Assembly: GCA_951406725.2 (NCBI GenBank)
Contig: OX597828.1
Location: forward strand, 32,736,001 to 32,800,000
Reading direction: 5' to 3'
Length of the DNA stretch: 64,000 nucleotides
Source of the DNA: Octopus vulgaris
Lineage: Eukaryota
Shown piece by piece: positions 40,760-52,981 of the stretch. Numbering within the stretch: the stretch's first letter is position 1; each line of letters begins with the position of its first letter. The position numbers and the translations under genes are program-made. The notes beneath the pieces are model-generated. The model saw nothing but the letters and a program-made list of their open reading frames with translations. It did not search any database and was not told where the DNA came from.

Positions 40760-41240
40760 TGTGTAGCATTAGTAGTTAAGCAGCAGCTTGCGATTCGTTT
40801 TGTTTCCTTATAACTGGGTTGTACTTCATCATTTTCCCAGTATTTCTTTCAGTAGCTTCATTGAAAACACGGTCTTGGATGTAGCATTTTCATGAACGGT
40901 TTCCTGATGAAAGAAGCATTAGCATAATAGTGTTCTTTAACTGGTTTCTGCAATTGTCCGGTGGTACATCCAATGTAGAATTCGTTATATTTACAACACT
41001 TGTTTTTATACATCACGTAGGGCACCAGACATATATTTTTAAATTCTCATCGTGCATTTGGGCAATATATATATATGTTGGTATCATATCCTGGCCTGCT
41101 TTTTGTTAGGAGCTTCCTTGAGAGAGATACGGTGTGTGCCATTCGTATTTTGAATCCTACCAATACGGATCGTACTGCGGATTGCAACAGTTCTTTTCGA
41201 GTTAATATCTTTGTTGGTCTGGCGAATGTGTGATCCATTA
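40760..41240 (-). mobile_element. Penelope-like element GIY-YIG endonuclease remnant
   Basis: The minus strand gives CLVPYVMYK...FYIGCT...YYANASF..HENATSK, resembling PLE 'CL..VIYK..YIG.T..F..R...H..SF...ENAT.LS'. Heavily decayed. Confidence 0.55.
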
Positions 41241-41244
41241 TAAT

Positions 41245-41732
41245 TTCATTATCAATCACGGCCGAAGGATACCGTGGCCAACTGGACCAAATGATGCAGA
41301 AACGTACAATAAAATAGCCTAGATTAGTTAAAAGGTCCACACCTATTTTATTGCAAGACAACGCCAGAGCACACGTCGCAAAAGCCACATTGGCGAAACT
41401 ACAATATTTGGAGTTGGAAGCTCTCCATCATCCAGAATACTCACCTGATCTTGCCCCCACTGATTACAAAATCTTCCAGAAAATTGGATAATGTTTTGAT
41501 AGGAAGACAATTTAATTCTGATGATGGTGTAAAGCAGGCCTTCCAAGATTTTATTGAATCTATATTGCTAGATATTTCCCCTTCCGGGCTGTACAAGCTA
41601 CCGCTGAAATGGCAAAAGTATATTGACAATGTGTATGTATAGTTTGATAAATAAAATTATTCCTTGTATTTATAAAACATTTGCAAAGTTTTTTTTCTTT
41701 TCCACAAATTTCATATATGACGACATAACATA
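41245..41732 (+). mobile_element. mariner element, 3' portion (DD34D type)
   Basis: PILLQDNARAHVAKATLAKLQYLELEALHHPEYSPDLAPTDY..F..LDN...GLYKLPLKWQKYID, followed by a TIR-like end running into (TACA)n. Confidence 0.9.
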
Positions 41733-41756
41733 TACATACATACATACATACATACA

Positions 41757-41836
<80 letters not shown>
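41731..41836. repeat. (TACA)n-(TA)n microsatellite
   Basis: Seen directly. Confidence 0.97.
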
Positions 41837-41839
<3 letters not shown>

Positions 41840-41919
41840 GGAGAATTCACAAAAATCAAAAGATGAAGACAGGTGGTGTAGAAACAAACAGATGTTTAAC
41901 GCTCAGGAAGTGAAAAAGT

Positions 41920-41955
41920 CTTTAACGTTTTGAGCCTACGCTCTTCAACAGAAAG
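41920..41955 (-). ncRNA. degenerate minimal type I hammerhead-like motif in a probable PLE terminal repeat (41837-41985)
   Basis: Minus strand: CTTT-CTGTTGAA-GAGC gtag GCTC-AAAACGTT-AAAG. Stem I is CTTT/AAAG, stem II GAGC/GCTC, stem III palindromic AACGTT. Two core deviations (A6U, G12A). Confidence 0.45.
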
Positions 41956-43793
41956 GAACTCAGAAAGAAACAGGGAGAGAAAATATGTATGTATGTATTA
42001 ATAACCCTATGCACAATCTAAATCTTCTTCTTAGATTTGATGAATTAGTATTTTCTATTTTTATTACGCCAATAATTATTTTAGCGGTGGCAATCATACC
42101 TGATCTGTATATACCATACATTCATTCTTCTTAATCTAAGAAATACTTAACATCCAATTTGGTTACCCTGATGCACAGAACTAAAGAGTTTAAAATATGA
42201 AGCTGCAAGAAGCGCGATGCATAAAGACATCTATGTTACCGTTGAAATTATACAGTCTTGTGTTTATCAAAATTGATGGCAGCCTGTATTAATATCGATG
42301 CAAACCTACTGGGAGCACATCACTAGCATCACTTTTCTTTAGACCATAAACAACTGATGTCAAATTCATTAATGGAAAATATAATTTGAAATTAACATTA
42401 AAATTAATGGTTGAATTTTGTAGGTGTTTAGCATATTCTGGTATAAAAGAAATATAGAAATCTGTAACATACTGTCGCATATTATTCTTGTAAAAGTTTG
42501 TGAACCCGTGTTTAATAGCGCGTACGTCGCCATGTATAACTTTGTATGCATGCGTTTCTACCCGTCTACGTATTAAATGAAATTCGGTTAAATCAGTTCT
42601 GAAGGAAAGGCAGATTACAATACTAAGACGGGAATGATGAAATGAGGAGTTAGAACATAACTCAGATGGGAACACAAAGAAAAATGATGTATTAAATCAG
42701 TGAACTTGAATTGGACGGGAAAAGAGATTGATTTTTCAGATACTTTGCCATGTTAACAAACACGCATATGAACCATTATTTCATTGCTGGATTTACGGAT
42801 GAACTGTCAGATTTATTCAAGCAAAGATTTTTAATATAATAGGGAAGAAGACTGGGAGGATATAACTGAGTGAGGAACTTCGCAATTAACAATGTAAGAG
42901 ATTTCTGGGCCACGTTCATCTTGTTTTTTTTTTGTTTTTTTTTTGTTTTTACATTTTCTCTATAATGCTTTAATCATGTTTACCTAAGGACTTATATAAA
43001 TGGCCACCTAATAATAAAGCTGTAATTATGTGCGACGACAGGTGTATATGCACAAGCACACAGTTGTATTGCTCATACATTTGCCCTTTAAAAGATACAC
43101 ACACAGTAATAATAATTCCTAATATAGAAGCCGTAATTTTGTACAAAACTAGAAATGCACATAAAAGTATGGAACCAGAGTGGAGACTGAAGTTACTCAG
43201 TTTTCTTTTGTTGTTATCTAACAGAAGACTGAGTCACTGAGTATTAATTTTAATGAATGACATAGTGAAAAGCTGTGCATTGCTGTTTGTTGAATAAATG
43301 AAAGAAACGTCTACAGATACTTTTAATTATGAAATTTACAATACAAAAAATTGACAGTGAAATATGAAGCAATATAATTTACGTCTTTGTATCTGCAATG
43401 CCTTCGTTTTCCAGCAGATGTTGATCACACGTCCATAATTTATTATAACCAAGTTACTATAGTAATAGAAGGAGCACGTTTGATGTACACATTTTCTTTA
43501 GATATTTCTTGACGTTTCCACGTTGGAAGCGACTTGAATATCTCATTCTGATGTTTGACAATCTATTTTAAACCTTTCTTGATTTATTTTCAAATGGAAT
43601 GTAGAAGTAAAACAGGAAGAAAAAAATGGGGATATGAGAGAGATGGCGGCCGGTGAGAAGGAATATACTACTAGTATGAAAGTGAAAGGAAAGAAGCACA
43701 AGATGATTACTTTTGTATTATTATTCTTGTTATTATTACTGTCGTTTTTGCTGTTGGTGGTGGTAGTGGTGGTGTTGTTATTGCGATTATGGA

Positions 43794-43808
43794 GTAGTAG
43801 TAGTAGTA

Positions 43809-43870
<62 letters not shown>

Positions 43871-43874
43871 GCTG

Positions 43875-43925
<51 letters not shown>
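43794..43925. repeat. (AGT)n/(GGT)n microsatellite
   Basis: Seen directly. Confidence 0.97.
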
Positions 43926-46524
43926 AGAGTAATATGTTGAAGAAGCGTCTATGTTATGAAAAATGACAGATGAAAGTGGGCTAATATAATGAGATTTGAC
44001 ATGTGTATAAGAATGGTATAAGCAGCAACTTCGTATTAATTTCCATGCTGCTTAAATATTCAGCTTACAATGGATTTGTCGCAGGATATGTAGTCGACGT
44101 TATTAATAGGAACGTTCTGCATCAGTATTTTTCCCCCGTTATCTCTTTCTACAGAGTTCACGTTACATCGAGGGATGGCTCAGAGTGCTTTATATATTGT
44201 TTTTTTTTTTGTGGGGAAAGGTTTTGGATTTTTTTTCATACCCTGATCATCAAAAGTTTTTACTAGGGAGATAATAAGAGGTGCTAGAATCGATTATAGC
44301 ATAGCTTGTAAAATCGTGTCATTGATCTAGTTGTAGCCTCTGTCGAATTTTAAAATATGACCAGATTTTGTTTCTCGTTTCACGCAATTTCTCTTCATTT
44401 GTACTGATAAGCGTTGTGTGAAGCGGCTTAACGGGGATACTATACTATCCCTTATCGCCAGGCCACTTAAATAGGGATACTTTGTTAAGTGTCGGAATGT
44501 AAAACGAAATCCCATTTGAGGAGGTTTATCGTAGCTTTAGAGAGGATTATTATTTCTATTGACTTGTGTTTATATAACAACACATTATATTCAAGATCAA
44601 ACATCACAATTACGCGGTATGATAAATAAATCAATCAGCGGTTTTAAGAGAGGGCATGATGTAAGCTTCCGGAAAATCGAAGCTACATCGCTATTTCGGT
44701 TTTCTATCTTCAATTAAGCTGCTTATTTCCTTGATAAATGCATGTCTTTGTATTTCTCTATATAGTTCTGATATAATAATGTCATTAACGCTATGTACAT
44801 TTACGTGAAAATGAATTATATTACCATAGTTTACCTTTCAAAATTATATATAATAGTCTTTCGCAACACGATTGCTGCAAAATTCTCTTGTGCATTACAG
44901 GCAGCGATTCTTTCTCAGTCAAGGATCTCTAGAGAAACTAGATTAAAGCAAGAATTTTATGAATCGTCGAGGGCAGAGTGCAAAATGCAAGTATTCCTTA
45001 AATAATTCATTAGATCATAAAAGCTTTGATATTTGTGCATGATTTATCTCACAGGTTCCATGTGTATATATTATCATACTCGGGTCCCCTGTGTATCTAT
45101 TATCATACTCTTCAATTTCCATGATTTAAACAAGTGGTATTTTTTCGTACGTTTTGCAAATTGTTAAGTCAGTGTACAAGACACTGTAACACAAATGGCA
45201 TGGTTTTAAAAAGTATCATTGCGTTTATTTGTCCAGCGACCTAAGAAATTGCAACATTATAATTTTTAGTACACAAACAATGTGTTGAGCTCAGCATGCG
45301 CATTTTCTTGAATGTATCAAAGAAAGCATGCAGATCAAATCTCATCTTTATACCTTCGTTAATTATCTATATGTATTACATTATTTCCACCTAGGATCGT
45401 GCTAGCACTTTGCTCCTTTAGTATCAATAAATACCAGTTAGATATCGAGAGCGATTTTAATTGACTATCAGACTTAACTATAATACCTCGAACTAATAGA
45501 ACGAATGGAAATCTTGAATTGCATGGTGTTAATGTGATTCTTGTAGAACGAATAATAATAGAGTAACATTGTAGTACGGAATAAATGCAAGGTGTGAAGA
45601 GAAAGGTTGGTGGGTGATCTTACAAGGATAATGAAATCTATTGCGCGACTTCGATTCAAAGTTATAGCTTTTGCCTTTCGTTTATGTATTTAATATTAAA
45701 GGTAATGCTTGCTATTCCACGTCTTTCATTGAATTCAATAGAGCTAATTATGCATTTATGTATACAACTTATTATGAGATATTAATCAATAACTGCATAT
45801 AACATATGTGAGTGAGATAAATATATATGGTGAAATCGATTCATAAATACGAGAAATTTTATGTTTCGGCATGTATTCACTTGCATGAATTCGTCGTAGA
45901 ATATTTGTGCCTAGTGTGAACAAGTTTACAATGCATATTTATATTTTTTTAGTTGAACTTAAAGCAGTATGGTTTTTCAATTGTACATATATGTGAGGCA
46001 TAATGCGAATAATTGATGCCTTGGGGTACTTGACTACCTGTTAAATGTGGTTACAACTCTGCGCTGTTGAAAATGTTCCTATCAGATACAAAGTGTAAAA
46101 CAAAACTGGGGAAGACGTTCTACCTCCTAGCGAGAGTGAGTATTTCATTGCAATGGCCACCACCTTTCTTTCAGGAAATAGAAGAGAGAACCAGATACAC
46201 ACACGTCTTGACCAATTCTTCACGATGAGAAACAACAAAGCGCTTCAAAGTTTGCATCCAAAACCTTTTCATTTAAATCCCAGACCTTCAAAGGGATGCT
46301 GATATAGTGGCCGTCTAACAAATTTGAGGAGAGTCATAAACACACACACATATATATATATATTTATGACTCACTTCAAATTTATACATATATATATATA
46401 GAGAGAGAGAGAAACACACACACAAGCATAGGGAGTGACAAACAGAGTGCGTGTGTGCATTTATGCATAGGACACAAGCGTGTTCGTGTTCATATAAGAA
46501 ATATACACCTGGCTGTATGTATGT

Positions 46525-46974
46525 ATATATGTTTGTTCGTTTTGATTGCTAAACTGTTAATATATAATAAAATACAACTTGCTTGAGAAGGTGTCGTCGA
46601 TTAACGTGTTCTGTATACCAGGCAATGAGGCTGTTACGAAAACAATCAGCAAAGAATAAAGTGTGAAAATAATAGATACGCCAAATAGAGAACCCACAAC
46701 CCACTAGTAAATAATGATGTTCATTGATACACGTATTCAATATGGTTGGCTAGCAAGATTTAAAACTGCTTTGGCGCTCACAGATTCATGGTTCAATATG
46801 AGGTTGGAAGATGTCTAATCACAGATGCATCGTGGCTGCTGTTGTCTTCTTTTTCTTATTCTTCCAATCAGTACTCACGCCATATATGTTTGTTCGTTTT
46901 GATTGCTAAACTGTTAATATATAATAAAATACAACTTGCTTGAGAAGGTGTCGTCGATTAACGTGTCCTGTATA
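46525..46974. repeat. two 93-bp direct repeats (46525-46617, 46882-46974) around a 264-bp unique core; TRIM/LTR-like
   Basis: The repeats differ at one position (GTGTTCTG vs GTGTCCTG). On the minus strand, TGGCG lies at the junction of the right-hand repeat and the core. Confidence 0.8.
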
Positions 46975-47019
46975 AGAATAATCTCTAATTCGAACCTACT
47001 CTAAGCTACTAAGAATGCG

Positions 47020-47414
47020 TGCGGCAACTTGAAGATCTACCCACCACATGCGATAGACTGGCGGTTGCACGTTGTTATCCTCATTCCGTGAAAACGGTGG
47101 CTTTTAACGGGTGGAGAGATGAACCAGCCTGGGGTACAGAGGATTCACAATCTACACTAGGGTCTGAAAGTTTACCACACCATAATGGGTTACACAATGG
47201 TTCCTCTGCTATGTGGCAGAAGTGGGAAGAAAGAGTGAGAGAAAGTTGTGGTGAAAGAGTAGAGCGGGGTTCACTACCACCACCACCCCGCCGGAGCCTC
47301 GTGTAGCTAAGGTATATTTGCTCAATAAAAACTCACAATGCCCGGTCTGGGAATCGAAACCACATTCTTACGATAGGGAGTCCGCTTCCCTAACCACTGA
47401 GCCATTGCGCCTCC
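47020..47414 (-). mobile_element. tRNA-derived SINE family D
   Basis: The reverse complement begins GGAGGCGCAATGGCTCAGTGGTTAGGG (A box) ... GGTTTCGATTCCCAGACCGGGC (B box), with a body distinct from families A-C. The 3' boundary is approximate. Confidence 0.75.
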
Positions 47415-48433
47415 ACGCTGCTGTTGTTACGGCATGTCTGTAATATCCTACTGTCTTGTAGGTGAGTCCAGGAAGCCATATGCAGGGGGAAAGGTCGTCA
47501 TCGACGAGACTGAGTGTCTTATGAAAGGAATTCGACTCGTCCAAAAGTCACCCAAAGCAATAGTGCTTCACTTTGCATTAGTTTCCAAAAATCTCTATTT
47601 CCAACACTCTCATCAAACATTCCGATTCCATGTTTCAGTCAACTTCGATTACTTGTTTCTCGATACTAATTTCACTGATTCATAAAAGTATTAGAAGACA
47701 TAGCGCTGGCTCTATGAATCTATATTTTCACATCTCATGTGAAGAATAAATATCAGCCCGTAATATATTTGATCAGGAAACTGATACCATTCTTTGTTGA
47801 ATACGACCTCATAGTAGGCCGTATAGCTATAGATTTATTAAGATCCAGAAAGTACTTTTGCTACCTAGGACAGTGAATGCGTCAGACTGAAAACAAATTT
47901 GTTGTAAAGATTTTCTTAGCGTTAGTGTCCTAACATATTTTGTAGTGACTCCCTAACACCCATTTCAGATAAGTACAGTATGATCTATGAGAACATAATA
48001 AGAACGAATTATTTTCGGAGATATCTCCTGAACATGGGAAGTAATATATTATTAATGTTTGAGTAATGTTTTCCTCAGAGTTTAACAACATCAGAAATTA
48101 TTTAATTCTTTGCATTTGACGAATATCTGTCTTATTTGTTGTTAACACAACGCTTCGGTTGATATACCCTTAAAAGCTGTGACACGAGGAAATATTGATA
48201 AATCGGGTATAGCTGATCATGTATGGAAAAATGGAGGTCACCTCCCCCTGTGGAATGAAGTTAAACACCAATGAAAAATACGAAACCTACAAGAAGCAGC
48301 ACATATGCTAGAACACAGCAATCTCCTAAGCAGACCGAGTGCAGATATGAAAAGCATATAGGAACTGGTATTAAAGAAGGATAGGAAAATATCAGATTTA
48401 TAAGCCCTAAAAAGTCACTCCATAACTGACCAC

Positions 48434-48506
48434 GGATATATGGCGTACTGGTTAAGAGCGCGGGCTACTAACCCCACGATTTCGAGTTCGATTGCGAGCA
48501 GTGACC
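48434..48506 (+). other. tRNA-like (Pol III A/B box) module embedded in the PLE 3' region; not a functional tRNA
   Basis: TGGCGTACTGG (A-box-like), anticodon-like arm GGG-CTACTAA-CCC, GAGTTCGATT (B-box-like). Acceptor and T stems pair poorly. Confidence 0.6.
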
Positions 48507-48601
48507 TGCATATAAATGATAATAATGATATTAATAATAATAATAATAACAACATCGAAACATACCTTAGAAATAAGCACCAAGGTTCGAAATTTCCCCC
48601 A

Positions 48602-48645
48602 AGACACCTGATGAAGGCTGGAGGGTATACCAGCCGAAACCTTCG
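48602..48645 (+). ncRNA. minimal type I hammerhead ribozyme motif (PLE pLTR), 3' part damaged
   Basis: GACAC-CTGATGA-A-GGCTGG agggtata CCAGCC-GAAAC, with a perfect 6-bp stem II. The inverted copy supplies CGTTGTGTT for stem III and stem I'. Confidence 0.7.
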
Positions 48646-50574
48646 GTAACATCAAAAATTATTTATAGTTAGCATTTTATGTGTCATATGTCAGCATTCA
48701 TTTACATTTTTAAGATCATATATGTGAATAATTTATTAAATAAGGAAGCATTGTTAATTTTATTGTTTGGTGGGAAAAGTTATCACTAAAGGATAAACAA
48801 TGAAAACAAACATAATTATGGAACATATAGTAGTAGTTTAACGATGTAAGAAGGATATAGGGCGTAATCCATGTTCCGCATATTACTCTCAGTCTCTATC
48901 AATCGCAGAAGTAAAGGAAAATAAATGTTTTGAGGATGCCATAGAACGGTGTTGGTAAAAGAAATTTCGCAGAATGTTTTCAATTTACATTTCTTTTTTC
49001 TCTGTTTTTTCTCCGATGCAGGGCAATTCTTCAAAATTTGCTCACTTCTTACTTTCTGTTTGATCCTTAGAAGCTTAAGCTAACATCGTATACCAAGAAT
49101 GCCTATGCAGTTGGGGTTTTTTTTCCGTTTTCCTTGATACATGTTCGTGAACGTTTAACTATGCTGACGTAGGGGCATATAGATTTTTGGTTTACTCTTA
49201 ATTCAAAACACACTGGATCTATGATTATCACTTTCTGGTGCTCTTCGTAAATCCTCATAAAAGCAGCCTCAATTGGTTTCATACACACAAAGTGTGAGAT
49301 TTCAAAGATTTTTGACATCACTTGCTCGTAATGTATTCGTATTCGTGTATGAAATCGAATACATTGATTTTATGATATGAAACCTAACTACGATTAACAG
49401 AACAACCAAGAAAAACGTGCTTCTATATAATTGCTACGACGCTTACAGAATACTCAACCTTCAATGATAATATATTGCTAAAAGAAAGAAAAAAAAACGC
49501 TAATAGATTTGGATGGGAAATGAGAGTATGACACAGACACAAATAGGAAACTATTAGGCTACTTCGGAAAACTGATCAAACGTAGATTTATATTTTTGGT
49601 TTGAAAGTCAGCAATGAATATCGATAAGTCAGTATTGTCCTTTGCAATTCAAAGACTGGTATTCAGATCAATGATATTGATTAGGCACTTCGGGCAAAGA
49701 TTCAGATTCGCAAGAGAGTGAGAGTGAAAGAGAGAGAAAGAGAGGGAGGGAGAGAAATAGCTATGAGATTACGTGCCTTTTAAGCTTTTATCGAGAGCAT
49801 TAAGAGCGCAAGGGAAGTATACAACTTTCAACTGGGAATGGAAAGTGTTTGGTCGACACATTTTGCCGCGATAATCAGGGCCTTTACATTCATGTTATTT
49901 CCGTATAAGGTTAGGGGAATTATAGAAGGATATTATCGGCATCAGTGAAGGGAATTGAGGTGGTCAATTTTTCCATTCGAATGGAACTTAACAATGGGAT
50001 AAATGTTCCTCACAAGAGAAACCTGCTGAAATAAAACGTTTCGTGAAATACTGTTAATATAAGCATGATTGAACATTGCCTTAGCTTCAAAGAGTGAAAC
50101 ACCCAAAAGAAATATGTTTGTATACGACCATCAACTATGTTCCCATATAGAAACATGCACACGTATATACTTGCAAACGCACACATATACAAATGTATGC
50201 TTGTAAGTGTGAGGACGAGCGTATATTTGCCTGTATTAATTATCGTGTGATAGCTAGGGATTACATACCACTATCAGAGTCATTCTCTTGCATGCCTTTT
50301 CTATCCTCTGACGTATGCGACGATTGAATGGATAGGGAATCGAATGTAAATTATAGTTTGGTCGTGTAATCTCTGCTTACTTCACACGATTTAACATATA
50401 TCCGGCTCTACACACTTCTAGCAAAATATTGGGTTGAGCACTTTTATATTTATTGCACTCAGCAGGAGATAAATAAAAGGAATATACATATACGTGTCTA
50501 AATGAAGGTGTGTGTGTGTGTGTATGTATGTGTGTGTGTGTGAGAGAGTGCGTGTGTGTGTGAGAGAGGGTGAT

Positions 50575-51465
50575 ACTAGCAGTAGTAGGCATCTGTTGGT
50601 CTCGAGAGAATGCGAATCTGCACCCGAAGACATTGTGTCAGCTGCTGATTGTATTGAAGTGCCTGCTCTGGCCGTGGAGTCCCACAATGGAGTGGCAGTC
50701 GCGCATATAACGACTGCATTTGAACGAGCCCACGACCGATGTTACTGGTGTTTCCTTCTGTTGAGTGCGCTTTTCTTTGGTGGCGAGTTCTTGTTGTTCT
50801 TCCGCTCGCTTCATCCCCTTTCAGTGTGGGCAATCATGTGTGACCTCTTCCCATCTCAGGACGTACAGATCTAGCGACTTCATATCTCTCTTGCACACGT
50901 CCCTGATACGAAGTTGAGATCGTCCTCGTACTCTTGTAGCGGCGACCAATTCTCCGTATAGGAGGTCTTTTGAGATCCTCCCGTCCGGCATGCGGTGCAC
51001 AAGACCAATCCAGCGCAAACGCGACGCTGCTACAGCAGGATGAGTATGCTGGATATCTTGGCTTGGTTGAGGACTCCGGTGTTGGTGATGTGGCCGCTCC
51101 ATTTGATATCCAAGATGCCTCTCATATTACGAAGACTGAATACGTTGAAACGCCACTCCTGTCTGGAGTAGAGGCTCCCAGTCTCACTGCAGTAAATTAC
51201 TGAGGACGCATTTCTTATGGACATCAATCTCAGTGCTTTCGGCCAGTTTTCTGTTTCCCTTGACTCTCTTTGTGAGCCTAGTATATGTGGAGAATGCTTG
51301 TCCAATTCGCCTGCTGATCTCAGGGTCGAGGGAGAGATCGTCAGAAAGGACAGAGCCGAGGTAGGTGAATGCCTCCAGGTTGTAGTTTTTGGTGGTGATG
51401 CTTCTCACATTGGCTCAGTACTTTGGTCTTCTTTAGATTGATAGTTACGTAGAATTCCGAACATG
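50575..51465 (-). mobile_element. RTE-BovB-like LINE, 5'-truncated 3' end
   Basis: TINLKKTKVL, FTYLGSVLSDDLSLDPEISRRIGQA, RLRWIGLVHRMPDGRISKDLLYGEL, RDVCKRDMK, a terminal C..RDCHSIVGLH motif and an (ACT)-repeat tail. Confidence 0.92.
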
Positions 51466-52051
51466 CTCGAGAGTGTAAAAGCAGAAATAGAGACATATAG
51501 ATAGATAGGTAGATAGATAGATAGGAAGATAGATAGAGAGAGAGACAGAGAGGTGGGTATGTATGTATGTATATGTTTATGCAGGTAATGAGGTAGGTTA
51601 GTAGGTATAATATTTCACTTTTTCTGCTGTTTTGTAACCCAGACAGTTTTGTAACATTTAAATACATTTCTTGTCAGTCTTCATAATTTACACTACGCTG
51701 TAAATTAAATATCTGTTTGTGTATGGAATGAGGAGCCAACAAAAGTACAAAGATAGAAATTAGGCAGTCCATTTCTGTGTTAGCTTAATTTATGACTACT
51801 TTATATAGTAGCTGACTTGTAATGAAGCAAAATTATCGTCTCTGAAGGGGCATCAACAAACCGTATAACAGTCTATGAAGGGATAACCACTCCTTTTTTA
51901 TCTACACATCATTACTAGCGTTTACAGTCTTAATTTACTCAAAGTAAGGCAGTTTCATATTCTACCCGATATTAGACTATACATGCAAAAAGTATAAATC
52001 GGTTTGGAGTAAGCATTCCAGTTACAAAATTTACCAAGAATATGTATTACG

Positions 52052-52447
52052 CTTTACTCTTTTACTTGTTTCAGTCATTTGACTGCGGCCATGCTGGAGC
52101 ACCGCCTTTAGTCGAGAAAATCGACCCCGGGACTTATTTTTTGTAAGCCCAGTACTTAATTATCGGTCCCTTTTGCCGAACCGCTAAGTGACGGGGACGT
52201 AAACGCACCAGCATCGGTTGTCAAGCAATGCTAGGGGGACAAACACAGACACACAAACACACACACATATATAAATACATATACGACAGGCTTCTTTCAG
52301 TTTCCGTCTACCAAATCCACTCAGAAGGCATTGGTCGGCCCGGGGCTACAGCAGAAGACACTTGCCCAAGATGCCACGCAGTGGAACTGAGCCCGCAATC
52401 ATGTGGTTGGTTAGCAAGCTACTTACCACACAGTCACACCTGCGCCT
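52052..52447 (-). mobile_element. SINE family A, young full-length
   Basis: Complete head to (GTAAAAGA)n tail; near-identical to the other young copies. Confidence 0.95.
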
Positions 52448-52699
52448 TCACTATGGCGTATGAAATAAAATATCATTTGTTGACCAAACATTTAGTAAAC
52501 ATATTACAAAATCTAAATGCATTAGGCACACATATGCGTCTCTCAGTTTGTGTCACTGCGTTTGTGTGAATAGAAAATTTAAATGTGTATGTAGGCATTT
52601 AGACGGAGTAAACAAACTTTGAAGCTGGCTATAAACAAACTGAATAGCTATAAGACTGAGCCTTTGTCAGTAGTTCTGCTGTCGATACAATATCATACA

Positions 52700-52759
<60 letters not shown>

Positions 52760-52824
52760 GGAGTAAACACATAAATGTGAAACAAGATGGAAAAAAAGAG
52801 TACTCGAATACCAGTGGTAGAATA

Positions 52825-52970
52825 ATATGCTTTATTTAAAGCAGCAGAAAATTCAACAAAATCTGTTACTCTGAGTTTCTCGTTCTAACAAAAACTGTCT
52901 GATGAACGGCAACGAGAAACTCAGAGTAATAGATTTTGTTGAATTTTCTGCTGCTTTAAATAAAGTATAT
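52825..52970. repeat. 60-bp-arm inverted repeat (probable PLE inverted pLTR)
   Basis: 52825-52884 pairs with 52911-52970 with two mismatches, around a 26-nt spacer. Confidence 0.95.
52890..52938 (+). ncRNA. minimal type I hammerhead-like motif
   Basis: AAAAACTGT-CTGATGA-ACG gcaa CGA-GAAACTCAGAGTA-ATAGATTTT. Intact CUGAUGA/GAAA core, short GNRA-capped stem II, quasi-palindromic stem III, GUA cleavage triplet, stem I CTGT/ATAG. Confidence 0.65.
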
Positions 52971-52981
52971 ATATATATATA

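Larger units (their letters stand above)
48100..48655 (+). mobile_element. Penelope-like element 3' end with inverted partial pLTR
   Basis: 48182-48380 encodes TRGNIDKSGIADHVWKNGGHLPLWNEVK..IRNLQEAAHML..LLSRPS (GIY-YIG C-terminus). 48100-48171 is an inverted copy overlapping and continuing the terminus at 48622-48640. Confidence 0.8.

Noticed and set aside
46085-46142. Candidate micro-exon (CAG ... GTGAGT) with one open frame, TKCKTKLGKTFYLLAR
   Set aside because: Weak polypyrimidine tract, no recognisable protein similarity and no partner exons.
48434-48506. Bona fide tRNA gene (also SINE heads at 47414, 54651, 55259, 62327)
   Set aside because: Acceptor and T stems do not pair properly and each continues into a repeat body, so these are tRNA-derived only.
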